Source: Fibrobacteria bacterium (GTDB lineage Bacteria; Fibrobacterota; Fibrobacteria; UBA11236). Taken from it: a stretch of 25,555 bases of DNA. Below, in pieces: positions 17,561 through 25,555 of this stretch. The translations under genes and the position numbers were made by a program. Each line of letters starts with the position of its first letter. Position 1 is the first letter of the stretch. The notes beneath the pieces are model-generated. The model was not told where the DNA came from. It searched no databases and saw only the letters and a program-made list of their open reading frames with translations. The stretch lies in the NCBI GenBank assembly GCA_043732185.1, contig JAYTHY010000098.1, positions 1 through 25,555 on the forward strand. The letters are read 5' to 3'.

Positions 17561-18421
17561 TTAAGGGATGACGGTTCCAGGTAACGCTCCGTTGACGGTA
17601 ACCTTGCCGACTTTGCCCAACGTTACGGTCAGCTTGCCGGTGCCGGTGGTGGGGCCTACCCAGTTGAGGCTGATGGCTTTGGTATCATCCACTCCGGCTA
17701 CGGCGGTAAAGGTCGAGGCGCCGGTGTACAACAGGCCAGAGAAAGTGTGTAGCACGCCATAGGCTTCCAACGTTACGGTATGCGCGCCGGGTGTGATATA
17801 GTCGAAGAATACGTTTACGTTCTGGCCACCGGTGAAGTAACCGGAAGCGAGTAACGAGTCGGCCTTGATAACGCCGTCTACCTTCAGAACCACGCGGTTC
17901 AAATTCAGTTTGTCTTTGCCGGTTCCCGATACAGAAGAACTGATGCTGTCCGGCAGGGCGTTGAAGTTGGCTTCATACATGGCAAAGCGCGAGGTGAGAT
18001 TGAGGCTTACAACGGCAGTATCCGCAGGCTTGACAAAAAAGGAAGCGGTGGAACCGGTGTGGATGACGGAATCTTTGGCATCCAACGATTTTGCCGTGAT
18101 GACCCAGTTGCGCAAAGGTGCCAAGGTCAAGACGCGCAGGACGGTAACGGCAGCGTTACCGCTGACATTAGAGGTATCACGAACCGTGTCGGCGGGTGTT
18201 GCGCTGGATACGGCGGTGACAATGAGTTTGCTTAAGTTGATGGCCGAGCCTTTGCTCAAGGTGCCGACTTTTCCGAGCAGCACGGTAGACCGAACGGATG
18301 CGTTGGCACCGATTTTATCCCCGGATGGGGTGGACGTCGGGCTCTGTCCGCAGTTGGCGAAAAAGGCCGGGGCGATGAGGACGGTTAAGAGTTTAAGGGT
18401 TGACGATTTCTTGGTTTTCAT
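17561..18421 (-). CDS. Thr/Ser/Val-rich lipoprotein, probably two beta-sandwich domains
   Basis: GGAGG RBS; MKTKKSSTLKLLTVLIAPAFFAN-C lipobox; S/T/P linker followed by beta-rich sequence; has its own terminator. Confidence 0.82.
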   Translation of the reverse strand: MKTKKSSTLKLLTVLIAPAFFANCGQSPTSTPSGDKIGANASVRSTVLLGKVGTLSKGSAINLSKLIVTAVSSATPADTVRDTSNVSGNAAVTVLRVLTLAPLRNWVITAKSLDAKDSVIHTGSTASFFVKPADTAVVSLNLTSRFAMYEANFNALPDSISSSVSGTGKDKLNLNRVVLKVDGVIKADSLLASGYFTGGQNVNVFFDYITPGAHTVTLEAYGVLHTFSGLLYTGASTFTAVAGVDDTKAISLNWVGPTTGTGKLTVTLGKVGKVTVNGALPGTVIP

Positions 18422-18564
18422 AATGGAACCTCCCAGTTGCATGTTAAGTTTTCGGAAGGGTCGAGAAAAAACTTTAGAAAGGAAAAAAGGTTGTGTGGGT
18501 ACGCTCACACTATTCTGTAAACATTGCCGAAATTAAGCTAAAAATGCCGAATTTACGGGAAAAA

Positions 18565-18586
18565 TAACCGATTGTGGCATCGGTTA
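18565..18586. promoter_or_regulatory. Inverted repeat, candidate operator, in the divergent intergenic region
   Basis: TAACCGAT-tgtggc-ATCGGTTA with perfect 8-bp arms. Confidence 0.4.
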
Positions 18587-18712
18587 AAAAAGGTCAAAAT
18601 TCTAATTAATGACATCAAATAAACGGAATAGGCTTCCCCAGTCAGTTTGACCGTATTTTCAATTTTCTCTCATCTTGCTGCATATTTAAGGTTCAAATCT
18701 TAAATTGAGTAC

Positions 18713-18949
18713 ATGCCTACCATTTTGAAAATCGGTCCTTATCGATTCTATTTCTATAGTCATGAAAACGATGAGCAGCCTCATATCCACGTTGACAGAG
18801 ACAATTCATCGGCAAAATTCTGGCTATTTTCCGTTGCCCTTGCAAGAAATGTTGGCTTTAGTTCAAAGGAACTGAATAAAATAGAAGGTATGGTGGAGCA
18901 GAATCGGCTTAAACTATTGGAGGCGTGGAATGGGTATTTTGGCACTTAA
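18713..18949 (+). CDS. DUF4160 protein (putative type II TA toxin)
   Basis: MPTILKIGPYRFYFYSHENDEQPHIHV..AKFWL..LLEAWNGYFG, typical of DUF4160. Confidence 0.92.
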   Translation: MPTILKIGPYRFYFYSHENDEQPHIHVDRDNSSAKFWLFSVALARNVGFSSKELNKIEGMVEQNRLKLLEAWNGYFGT

Positions 18950-19211
18950 CTCGGATGAGCGAGCAAAAAAAATTATTTTCACCGAAGACCAACTCAGTGT
19001 CGAGTTGATGGATGGACGAACCATTTCCGTCCCTCTAGCGTGGTATCCGCGACTGCTGCACGCTACAAAAAAGCAACGAAACAAATGGTCTATAAGCGGA
19101 GGCGGTTATGGTATTCATTGGGACCTGCTTGATGAAGACCTTTCAACGGAAGGTTTATTGAAGGGTCAGCCTGCCCCTAAGGTAAAGGCTCCAACTAAAA
19201 AGGTGGCATAA
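18930..19211 (+). CDS. DUF2442 protein (putative antitoxin partner)
   Basis: LSVELMDGRTISVPLAWYPRLLHAT..GGGYGIHWDLLDEDLSTEGLL; overlaps the DUF4160 gene. Confidence 0.93.
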   Translation: MGILALNSDERAKKIIFTEDQLSVELMDGRTISVPLAWYPRLLHATKKQRNKWSISGGGYGIHWDLLDEDLSTEGLLKGQPAPKVKAPTKKVA

Positions 19212-19263
19212 TACTCCCCGAGTGGAATTCAGGATACCTGGTGCAAAGTCTGGTAGTCCGAAT

Positions 19264-20154
19264 TCAAGTGCTGTAAAAAAGCTTGCCCACCACATACGCC
19301 GGCACTATCCAAAGCGCCCCTGCCAACGCGGGCATCAAAGGCACATGATTAGCAATCATCGCCATAACGTCCACCAATGGAACCAGTCGTAGTAAAAGCC
19401 CGATCATTTTACCGGTATTCTTAGGCGAGGGGTCGCGCGCCAAATCGCGGATGGGAAAACGCAAAAGCATGGCCAAAGCCAACCAGACCATAGGCAGATA
19501 ATATTCATACCGATACCAAAGGAATGCAGTCACGGACCAGAGAATAAACCATCCGCCCATCCCCGCCAAAAATAAGTGGGTCCGCCGACGGGAGTTGCCG
19601 TCCACTTCGTCCCGGGCCAAATAAGTGACCAACGCGATGTAGGCCCATATCGATAAGAGCGCCAAGCCCATTGGCTTTGGCAAAGAGGAGATACTTGGCC
19701 AAGCCGACCAGGTCAGTGTGATACCGGTCAGCACGTTTAGCAATCGGCAAAGCCCCATGGCCACGGGCCCTAGCGCTGAACCCTTGAGTACAAAGTTGTA
19801 GGAAAAAATAGCCAGGCAGAGCGCGATGCCCATAACCGCGGAGAGGGGATTAGCTAGGCCAAGCAAAACCAAGCCCGCCGCCATCATGGTAAGGCTCAAA
19901 ATCCAAGCCGTGCCCAATCCTATCGCACCGGATGGGATTGGCCTATCCGGCCTTTCACGCGCGTCCACATCCTTGTCCGCAACATCGTTCAAGGCCATGC
20001 CCGCCATAATAAACAGTGCCGCCGTCGCCAATCCCAGGCCTAAGGCGGGCGTAAAGGCTCTCCCGCCTCCGATAAAATAACCGGCATAGACATTGGACAT
20101 GGAGCTGAAAACGGTTGGGATCCGAACCAGAGATAAAAAGGCTTTGGGCTGCAT
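19264..20154 (-). CDS. eboC: UbiA-family prenyltransferase, EboC-like
   Basis: GMALNDVADKDVDARERPDRPIPSG aspartate-rich motif, MGLCRLLNVL, multiple transmembrane segments; downstream of eboE and eboF. Confidence 0.88.
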   Translation of the reverse strand: MQPKAFLSLVRIPTVFSSMSNVYAGYFIGGGRAFTPALGLGLATAALFIMAGMALNDVADKDVDARERPDRPIPSGAIGLGTAWILSLTMMAAGLVLLGLANPLSAVMGIALCLAIFSYNFVLKGSALGPVAMGLCRLLNVLTGITLTWSAWPSISSLPKPMGLALLSIWAYIALVTYLARDEVDGNSRRRTHLFLAGMGGWFILWSVTAFLWYRYEYYLPMVWLALAMLLRFPIRDLARDPSPKNTGKMIGLLLRLVPLVDVMAMIANHVPLMPALAGALWIVPAYVVGKLFYST

Positions 20155-20202
20155 ATGAATCAGACTCCGTAAAAATTTGCGAATAGGAATTTGCGAATAG
20201 AA

Positions 20203-21600
20203 TTAGCGCGATTCCGCGAGGACATGTTTTTCAATCAGATCCCGTACAGCGGTCATAGGTATTACAGGCGTTACGGGCTTGGCCAGGGCAAAATCGGATA
20301 TCACCAGCGGTGCATCGGCCGCATTGCCTGCTGGGGTTCCGTGGCTGCCTTTGATGAGTTCTGGAGTGAGGGGGATGACGTCCATATAATATCGGAATCC
20401 CAAAATCTTTTTGAGTAAGGTCCAGGCAATTTTAAGTTTGACGGCCTTGCGCTTGGGATCCAGGAAGAGTTCCACTGGATCATAACCGGGCTTCCGGTGA
20501 ATGTCCACGCATCTGGCAAAGTCTGGCGCAAGCCGATCGTCTTCCCAGTAATAATACGTGTACCACGAGTCGGGTTCGGCCATCAAAATGATGTCTCCGC
20601 TGCGTGCATGCTTGAGTCCGGCTTTTTCGATAGCCTCACCTACCAGCACGGTGCGTTGTCCCGGTTCCTTTTCAAAAAGCGCGGCAACTTCCGGAATGCG
20701 GGATTTGTTTTTGACATAAATATGGCAAATTTGATGATCCGATACCGCAAAGGCTTCGCTCGCCCCTGCGTCCAAGAGCTCCCATGTCAAACTCTTCCGG
20801 ATTTCCAAAAATCCGGCCTTACGCAAGATCCTATTTGGATGCAGACAACGGGTAACGCGGGTGATACCGTACTCGGAAACCAGCATGACTCGGACACCAC
20901 GGCTTTGATAAAAGTCGATAAGGTCCCCGACCACGGTATCGATGGCCGTAAGCTCAGCGGGTATTTCCTTGGCGCCTGGACCAAACCGTTGCAGGCAATA
21001 ATCGAGATGGGGAAGATAAACCAAATTGAGATCGGGTTGATGCCGGGTAAAGGTCCATTTGGCACAAGCGGCAATCCACGTAGACGAACCAATACCGGAC
21101 CCCGGTCCCCAGAATTCAAAAAAGGGGAAAGGTCCTAGTTCTTTGATCAATGGATCGTGTAAGCTCGCTGGTTCCGTATACACATCGAAAACTTTGCGTC
21201 CGTCTGCCGGATACTGGGGCCGTGGCGTCACGCTCCAATCCGCGCCGGAATACATGTTGTACCACCAGAACAGTTTGGCGCAGGTGAAGGCTGGATGTTC
21301 GCGCTTCAGTTTGGCGTATACGGTTTCTCCTTGAATGAGTCCGTTGTTCTGTTTCCAAAAACCCACTTCCGCCAAGTCGCGAAAGTACCAGCCATTGGCG
21401 ACAATTCCGTTTTGACTCGGACCCGTGCCGGTCAGCATGGCCGCTTGACTGGAACAGGTCAGCGCCGGAAAGACTTCCTCCAGCCGCGCACTCCAGCCCG
21501 CATTCAGGAATTTTTGGATGCGAGGCATGTGTGGGCCAATCAAGGAGGGTGTCAAACCCACTACATTCAGCACCGCAGTTTTGTGCAGGCTATCCGCCAT
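20203..21600 (-). CDS. eboF: Alkaline phosphatase / nucleotide pyrophosphatase family protein, EboF-like
   Basis: Motifs VLNVVGLT, PALTCSSQA..GIVANGWYFRD, LFWWYNM, YLPHLDYCLQ, VDIHRKPGYDPVELF, KGSHG; GGAAGG RBS before the ATG at 21600. Confidence 0.9.
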   Translation of the reverse strand: MADSLHKTAVLNVVGLTPSLIGPHMPRIQKFLNAGWSARLEEVFPALTCSSQAAMLTGTGPSQNGIVANGWYFRDLAEVGFWKQNNGLIQGETVYAKLKREHPAFTCAKLFWWYNMYSGADWSVTPRPQYPADGRKVFDVYTEPASLHDPLIKELGPFPFFEFWGPGSGIGSSTWIAACAKWTFTRHQPDLNLVYLPHLDYCLQRFGPGAKEIPAELTAIDTVVGDLIDFYQSRGVRVMLVSEYGITRVTRCLHPNRILRKAGFLEIRKSLTWELLDAGASEAFAVSDHQICHIYVKNKSRIPEVAALFEKEPGQRTVLVGEAIEKAGLKHARSGDIILMAEPDSWYTYYYWEDDRLAPDFARCVDIHRKPGYDPVELFLDPKRKAVKLKIAWTLLKKILGFRYYMDVIPLTPELIKGSHGTPAGNAADAPLVISDFALAKPVTPVIPMTAVRDLIEKHVLAESR

Positions 21601-22819
21601 TTGAATTTCCTTCCCAGACATTGCCATTTATCCTGGTCCCTGTGGGCACGTGATTAACAATAAAACGCAATTCTCCAGCTATACTAGCCATCAATTCCGC
21701 ATCATTCTTAGGCCGATGGGATTCCGGCAGCACGCTCCAGGTATAGGTCTCTACTTCAAAGTGCCGACACAAATCGTGCTTTATCGAAAACTTAAAGGCC
21801 GCGAGCATGTCGTCCCGGGTGGTTGAAATCAAATTTGCATCCAGCATGCCATCGGCATGTATCGGCACATGAAAATGCACACGCCAGGGATAAGACCATA
21901 AATCCTGGTTTCTATTGGCTTCCGCCAAGGCAATCGGTAAATCATCAAAGTGCAGTAAACCGTCCGGTGTGCGGATGCGTGTCTGATGGAGAAATCGTTC
22001 CTCAACAAACTGGTTCCGTAGGGGCTGGGATTGACGGGAAACATCCGGTGAAAAAGCCAAAGCGCTGGACAACTGCATTTTGGCAATGGGTATATCGTGC
22101 TCGCGATAAGTATTTAGCGCCTCGATGGGATCTTCGAATTGCACGGCTTGATGGCAGGTGTCATAACATAAGCCACAAAAGCGGTTTAAATCCGCAGCTG
22201 CGATACCGATGCGTTTTGCTTCGGGTCGCAAAAATGTATTCCAAAACTCCACCACTTGATCTGTGGTTTCCAGTACGCAACCCGGTTCCGGTTCAATGGC
22301 TAGCCGAATGGATTGCCCCCCCGTATCTGCCAGGGTACGGGCATACTGGACATAAGTGAGCAGGTTTCGAACGGCTATCCTGGAAAGCTCCTCGCTCCAT
22401 CCAATGCGCCAACCAAGTGGTAAGGTAGATAGCGACCCTTCGCTCCCCTTTGGCAAAAGCCCCGATAAAATGCGCGCACAGGCCAAGGTATAGTCGAGTC
22501 GGTTTGCATCCGACCAATCGGGTTGGTACACCTTGGTTTTAACCACCTTGTCGTGGAAATTCCCAAACGGAAAACCATTGGCTGTAAATGTGGAAAGGCC
22601 CTGCTCCTGAAGCAGAACCTTTATTTTTGAAAGGAAAATTGGTGAATCTTGTTCGATTTCTCCTGCCAAAGTGGCAGGAAACCACAAACCCATGGGAAGC
22701 GTCTTCCAACCCAGGTTCGAGCGAATTCCAGCTCCAAAACGGCTTATCGTATCCCGCCAAGAGGCCAAATCCCCAATTGGATGTACATTCGTGCAGTATG
22801 TGAGATGGAGATTTGTCAA
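21590..22819 (-). CDS. eboE: Metabolite traffic protein EboE (xylose-isomerase-like TIM barrel)
   Basis: Motifs HLTYCTNVHP, NGFPFGNFHDKVVKTKVYQPDW, LAIEPEPGC, CYDTCHQAVQFE, WRVHFHVP, HFEVETYTW; TTG start. Confidence 0.93.
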   Translation of the reverse strand: MTNLHLTYCTNVHPIGDLASWRDTISRFGAGIRSNLGWKTLPMGLWFPATLAGEIEQDSPIFLSKIKVLLQEQGLSTFTANGFPFGNFHDKVVKTKVYQPDWSDANRLDYTLACARILSGLLPKGSEGSLSTLPLGWRIGWSEELSRIAVRNLLTYVQYARTLADTGGQSIRLAIEPEPGCVLETTDQVVEFWNTFLRPEAKRIGIAAADLNRFCGLCYDTCHQAVQFEDPIEALNTYREHDIPIAKMQLSSALAFSPDVSRQSQPLRNQFVEERFLHQTRIRTPDGLLHFDDLPIALAEANRNQDLWSYPWRVHFHVPIHADGMLDANLISTTRDDMLAAFKFSIKHDLCRHFEVETYTWSVLPESHRPKNDAELMASIAGELRFIVNHVPTGTRINGNVWEGNSNGG

Positions 22820-22942
22820 GTTTTTTAGCCTTCCCGTTCACTTGAGAAGAAGCGCATCAACAATCCCATTACAAAAGAACCGTATCCGCGTTAGATTAAA
22901 TTAGTAAACCGTTATGGCTAAGTAGAGGAACGGAATTCAAGT

Positions 22943-24103
22943 ATGCAGCATAATTCGGACACCGGCAGAGGAGTTTTGGCATTCGCTGCGGAAACCGGCT
23001 CCGTGCAAACCTGGACGTCTCCTCTCACAGGCAACATGCCCATTCATTTCGGCGCTGGTGCCATTGATCTTTTGCCCAATCTGTTGCGTGAACTCAAGCC
23101 CGATCGCGTTTTCATCCTCTCCGACCATAGGGTTTTTGGCCTCCACGGCGCCGGTCTTTTGCAAAGCCTATCCCAACATTTCGCTCCGGAAATCCTCCTC
23201 ATCGCCGAGGGGGAGAACGAAAAAAAGCTCTCGAACCTGGAATATATCTGCCAACAACTTTTCGAACGCGGCATCACCAAATCCTCTGTAATCGTCAACT
23301 TTGGCGGGGGTGTGGTTCTCAATATCGGCGGATTGGCAGCGTCACTCCTATACCGGGGCATCCGGTTTGTCCAAGTGCCGACCACGCTAATGGCACAAAG
23401 CGATGTGATTGTTTCCAACAAGCAAGGCATCAACTTCGCCGGCGGCAAGAATCGGCTAGGCGTGTACACAACTCCCATCGCTGCAGTCGCGGACACTCGC
23501 TTGATTCGCACCGAACCCTTGCGACAATTGCGCGCCGCCGCTGTCGAATACTGTAAAAACGCCATTCTTCTTGGTGGCCATCATTATGCGGAAGCCATCC
23601 GATTCTTTTCTGCGCGAGACACGTTTTCGGAAGCTCAAATTGACCTTCTGCTTCTCAATAGCTTGACCCAAAAATTCGAAATTGCGCGATTGGATCCGAA
23701 AGAAAAATCCCTAGGCTTGATGCTGGAATACGGACATACCGTCGGTCATGCTTTGGAATTCCTTTCCCAGGGCCGACTACTACATGGTGAGGCCGTCTAT
23801 CACGGCATGAATGTAGCCGGCCAATTGGCCAACAATATGGGCATCATGTCCACTGAGGAACTCAAGAAGCAAAGTGTATTGCTGTCCCGATTGCCCGGCA
23901 TCCCAACGCTGCCCAAAGATATTTCCGTCTCGCAAATTCTAGCCGGCGTCCAACGCGACAATAAGAAAGTCGGCAAAGGAATGGCCTTCGTTTTGGTGAA
24001 AGCCATGGGTGAAGTGAATCGATATGAAGAAGGCGTGCTCACGCCCGTTTCCGAAATCCAGCTGAACCGCGTTATGCTGGAGTACTGGGATGCTTTGTTA
24101 TAG
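22943..24103 (+). CDS. Sugar-phosphate cyclase (DHQ-synthase superfamily), 2-deoxy-scyllo-inosose-synthase-like
   Basis: Motifs GGGVVLNIGG, VPTTLMAQSDVIVSNKQGIN..GKN, EYCKN, DPKEK..LEYGHTVGHALE, LLHGEAV. Confidence 0.85.
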   Translation: MQHNSDTGRGVLAFAAETGSVQTWTSPLTGNMPIHFGAGAIDLLPNLLRELKPDRVFILSDHRVFGLHGAGLLQSLSQHFAPEILLIAEGENEKKLSNLEYICQQLFERGITKSSVIVNFGGGVVLNIGGLAASLLYRGIRFVQVPTTLMAQSDVIVSNKQGINFAGGKNRLGVYTTPIAAVADTRLIRTEPLRQLRAAAVEYCKNAILLGGHHYAEAIRFFSARDTFSEAQIDLLLLNSLTQKFEIARLDPKEKSLGLMLEYGHTVGHALEFLSQGRLLHGEAVYHGMNVAGQLANNMGIMSTEELKKQSVLLSRLPGIPTLPKDISVSQILAGVQRDNKKVGKGMAFVLVKAMGEVNRYEEGVLTPVSEIQLNRVMLEYWDALL

Positions 24104-24908
24104 CACCGGGTCCCTGCCCGACGCTTTCACCTTTTCCGAAATAGCCGACCTCTTAAGCCTCAGTCCATTTAGGGGCGTGGAACTGGTGGTTACGGCCGAT
24201 ATGCTGAAACGCGCCGATGATAGCACATACTGGCGCAATGTCCGTGGAGCATTTGAGGCGAAGGGTCTCTGCATTCGAAACGTACACATGGGTGCACCAT
24301 TTCTGTTGGGCTCGGTTCCCCATCACCCCGGGCTGTCTTCCCTCGATTCCATTTTGCGGAACCAGAAAGCGGAAGCCGTCGAAAAGTCTGTGGCCATAGC
24401 TGTAGGCTTAGGTAGCCCTAACGTTACCTTAACTACCGGGTTACCTGAAAGCGAAAATTCGATTGATCGCCAGGTTGAGGCCCTTAAAAATGCAATCGGA
24501 TCTTTAATCAAAAAAAAGCCCCGGGGCTTGGACTTCATGGTCGAACAGGAGCCGGAGCATGTCATTCGTTCCAGTGGGCAACTTCTAGATTTAGCTGTGA
24601 CTTTCTCCGGGGATGTTTTTATAAACTTTGACGTGGGACACAGTCAGGTGCTGGGCGAGGATATCGGCGCATGTATCTTGGAGCTTGCGCCCTATTTGCG
24701 CAACATCCATCTTGAGGATATCAAGGATCGCATCCACGTGCATAAATTGTACGGGGACGGTGATGTGGATTTTTCTGGCATCTTCCGAAGCTTGAAGGAA
24801 ATCAAGTACACCGGAGACTTGACGCCGGATCTGTATCCATTCAAGGACGACTATGTTCGCGCCATTGAGGCTTCAACTCGGTTCCTGCATGGGCATGGGA
24901 TGGTGTGA
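24090..24908 (+). CDS. Sugar-phosphate isomerase/epimerase (xylose-isomerase-like TIM barrel)
   Basis: Motifs VEQEPEH, NFDVGHS, NIHLEDIKDRIHVH..GDGDVDF; overlaps the cyclase stop; such proteins commonly accompany ebo clusters. Confidence 0.88.
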   Translation: MLCYSTGSLPDAFTFSEIADLLSLSPFRGVELVVTADMLKRADDSTYWRNVRGAFEAKGLCIRNVHMGAPFLLGSVPHHPGLSSLDSILRNQKAEAVEKSVAIAVGLGSPNVTLTTGLPESENSIDRQVEALKNAIGSLIKKKPRGLDFMVEQEPEHVIRSSGQLLDLAVTFSGDVFINFDVGHSQVLGEDIGACILELAPYLRNIHLEDIKDRIHVHKLYGDGDVDFSGIFRSLKEIKYTGDLTPDLYPFKDDYVRAIEASTRFLHGHGMV

Positions 24909-24935
24909 CGGCTGTCCTATAATTCAGTTGGAAAT
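24904..24935 (+). repeat. Direct repeat copy A (32 bp)
   Basis: TGTGACGGCTGTCCTATAATTCAGTTGGAAAT; 28/32 identical to 25489-25520. Confidence 0.8.
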
Positions 24936-24952
24936 GCTAAAGTAAGGACACA

Positions 24953-25243
24953 ATGAAAAGTCTCATCCAAATCAAGAATGTACTTTCTTCGCATAAACTC
25001 CAGATGTTTAAAAAGTACCATGTAAAAAATATGGCAATTTTTGGTTCTTACTCGAGGAACGAACAGAATAGAAAAAGCGATTTAGATATTCTCGTCGAAT
25101 TCAACTCCCAGGTTGGTTTTGAATTCATTGACTTGGCAAATTATTTAGAGGCCTTGCTAAAAGTTCAAGTCGACCTGGTTTCTCGAAAAGGGATCAAACC
25201 AAAGTATTACAAGGAAATCAGAAACGATTTGAAGTATGTCTAA
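24953..25243 (+). CDS. Minimal nucleotidyltransferase (MNT; antitoxin of HEPN-MNT systems)
   Basis: IFGSYSRNEQNRKSDLDILVEF (GS-x10-DxD), VDLVSRKGIK; 96 aa. Confidence 0.92.
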   Translation: MKSLIQIKNVLSSHKLQMFKKYHVKNMAIFGSYSRNEQNRKSDLDILVEFNSQVGFEFIDLANYLEALLKVQVDLVSRKGIKPKYYKEIRNDLKYV

Positions 25244-25310
25244 GAGAACACCCGGTCTTTTGCCAAATTTGGTGAAGGAAATAAAAATTGTGGCGAGAAA
25301 TAAAAAGTAA
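25236..25310 (+). pseudogene. Internally deleted HEPN/DUF86 toxin remnant (24 aa)
   Basis: MSKRTPGLLPNLVKEIKIVARNKK: DUF86-like start (MSKR) overlapping the MNT stop, fused to a DUF86-like end (LPNLVKEIK). Confidence 0.6.
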
Positions 25311-25416
25311 AAGCAGCCGCATAACAAAACGATTCCACCCGACGCACCTCAACCGGCATTAAGTCGTCCCGAGCGACTGTTTAAAGGTAAGGATATGAAA
25401 AACGGGCGTATTAGCC

Positions 25417-25452
25417 CCTATGTTAAATCTACCGCGGTAGATTTAACATAGG
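25417..25452. repeat. Perfect 36-bp palindrome
   Basis: CCTATGTTAAATCTACCG|CGGTAGATTTAACATAGG. Confidence 0.9.
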
Positions 25453-25488
25453 TATTGGGATTGCCTTTCCCAATCAAATGCTGGGCAA

Positions 25489-25520
25489 TGTGACGGCTGT
25501 CATCTAATCCAGTCGGAAAT
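25489..25520 (+). repeat. Direct repeat copy B (32 bp)
   Basis: TGTGACGGCTGTCATCTAATCCAGTCGGAAAT; matches 24904-24935. Confidence 0.8.
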
Positions 25521-25555
25521 AATGGTAGATTCCCCTTATGAATTTAGATCCCTTT

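Noticed and set aside
20174..20208. Tandem AATTTGCGAATAG duplication between eboF and eboC
   Set aside because: Only two full copies with no spacers; probably slippage, not a CRISPR or functional array.
22943..24103. Housekeeping aroB or an aminoglycoside cluster
   Set aside because: AroB-specific motifs are replaced and there are no shikimate neighbours; no aminotransferase, dehydrogenase or glycosyltransferase genes for 2-deoxystreptamine are in the window.
1..25555. tRNA, rRNA, CRISPR array or intact transposase
   Set aside because: None recognised by eye in the intergenic regions or ORF set.

Overview
This 25.6 kb accessory region has four blocks. (1) 1-5228 is the distal part of a type I restriction-modification operon: the 3' half of hsdS (possibly interrupted), a truncated and an intact DUF1016/YhcG gene, and hsdR. 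(2) 5488-17362 is a mostly minus-strand orphan contractile-injection (T6SS-type) spike/effector island. It carries vgrG, DUF2169, a PAAR fused to a Tae2/BPSL0067-like peptidoglycan amidase, two lipoproteins, a peptidoglycan-binding-domain zinc metallopeptidase coupled to an exported HEAT-like protein, a probable beta-barrel, a plus-strand lipoprotein and a second, orphan copy of the HEAT-like protein. No Hcp, sheath or baseplate genes are in the window. (3) 17561-19211 holds a Thr/Ser/Val-rich lipoprotein and a DUF4160/DUF2442 toxin-antitoxin pair. (4) 19264-25555 is an ebo-like cluster (eboE-eboF-eboC) divergent from a sugar-phosphate cyclase with 2-deoxy-scyllo-inosose-synthase-type rather than AroB-type motifs and a TIM-barrel isomerase. 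It is followed by an MNT gene with a collapsed HEPN partner inside a 32-bp direct repeat, and a perfect 36-bp palindrome. All family assignments come from recognising motifs by eye; no database searches were run.
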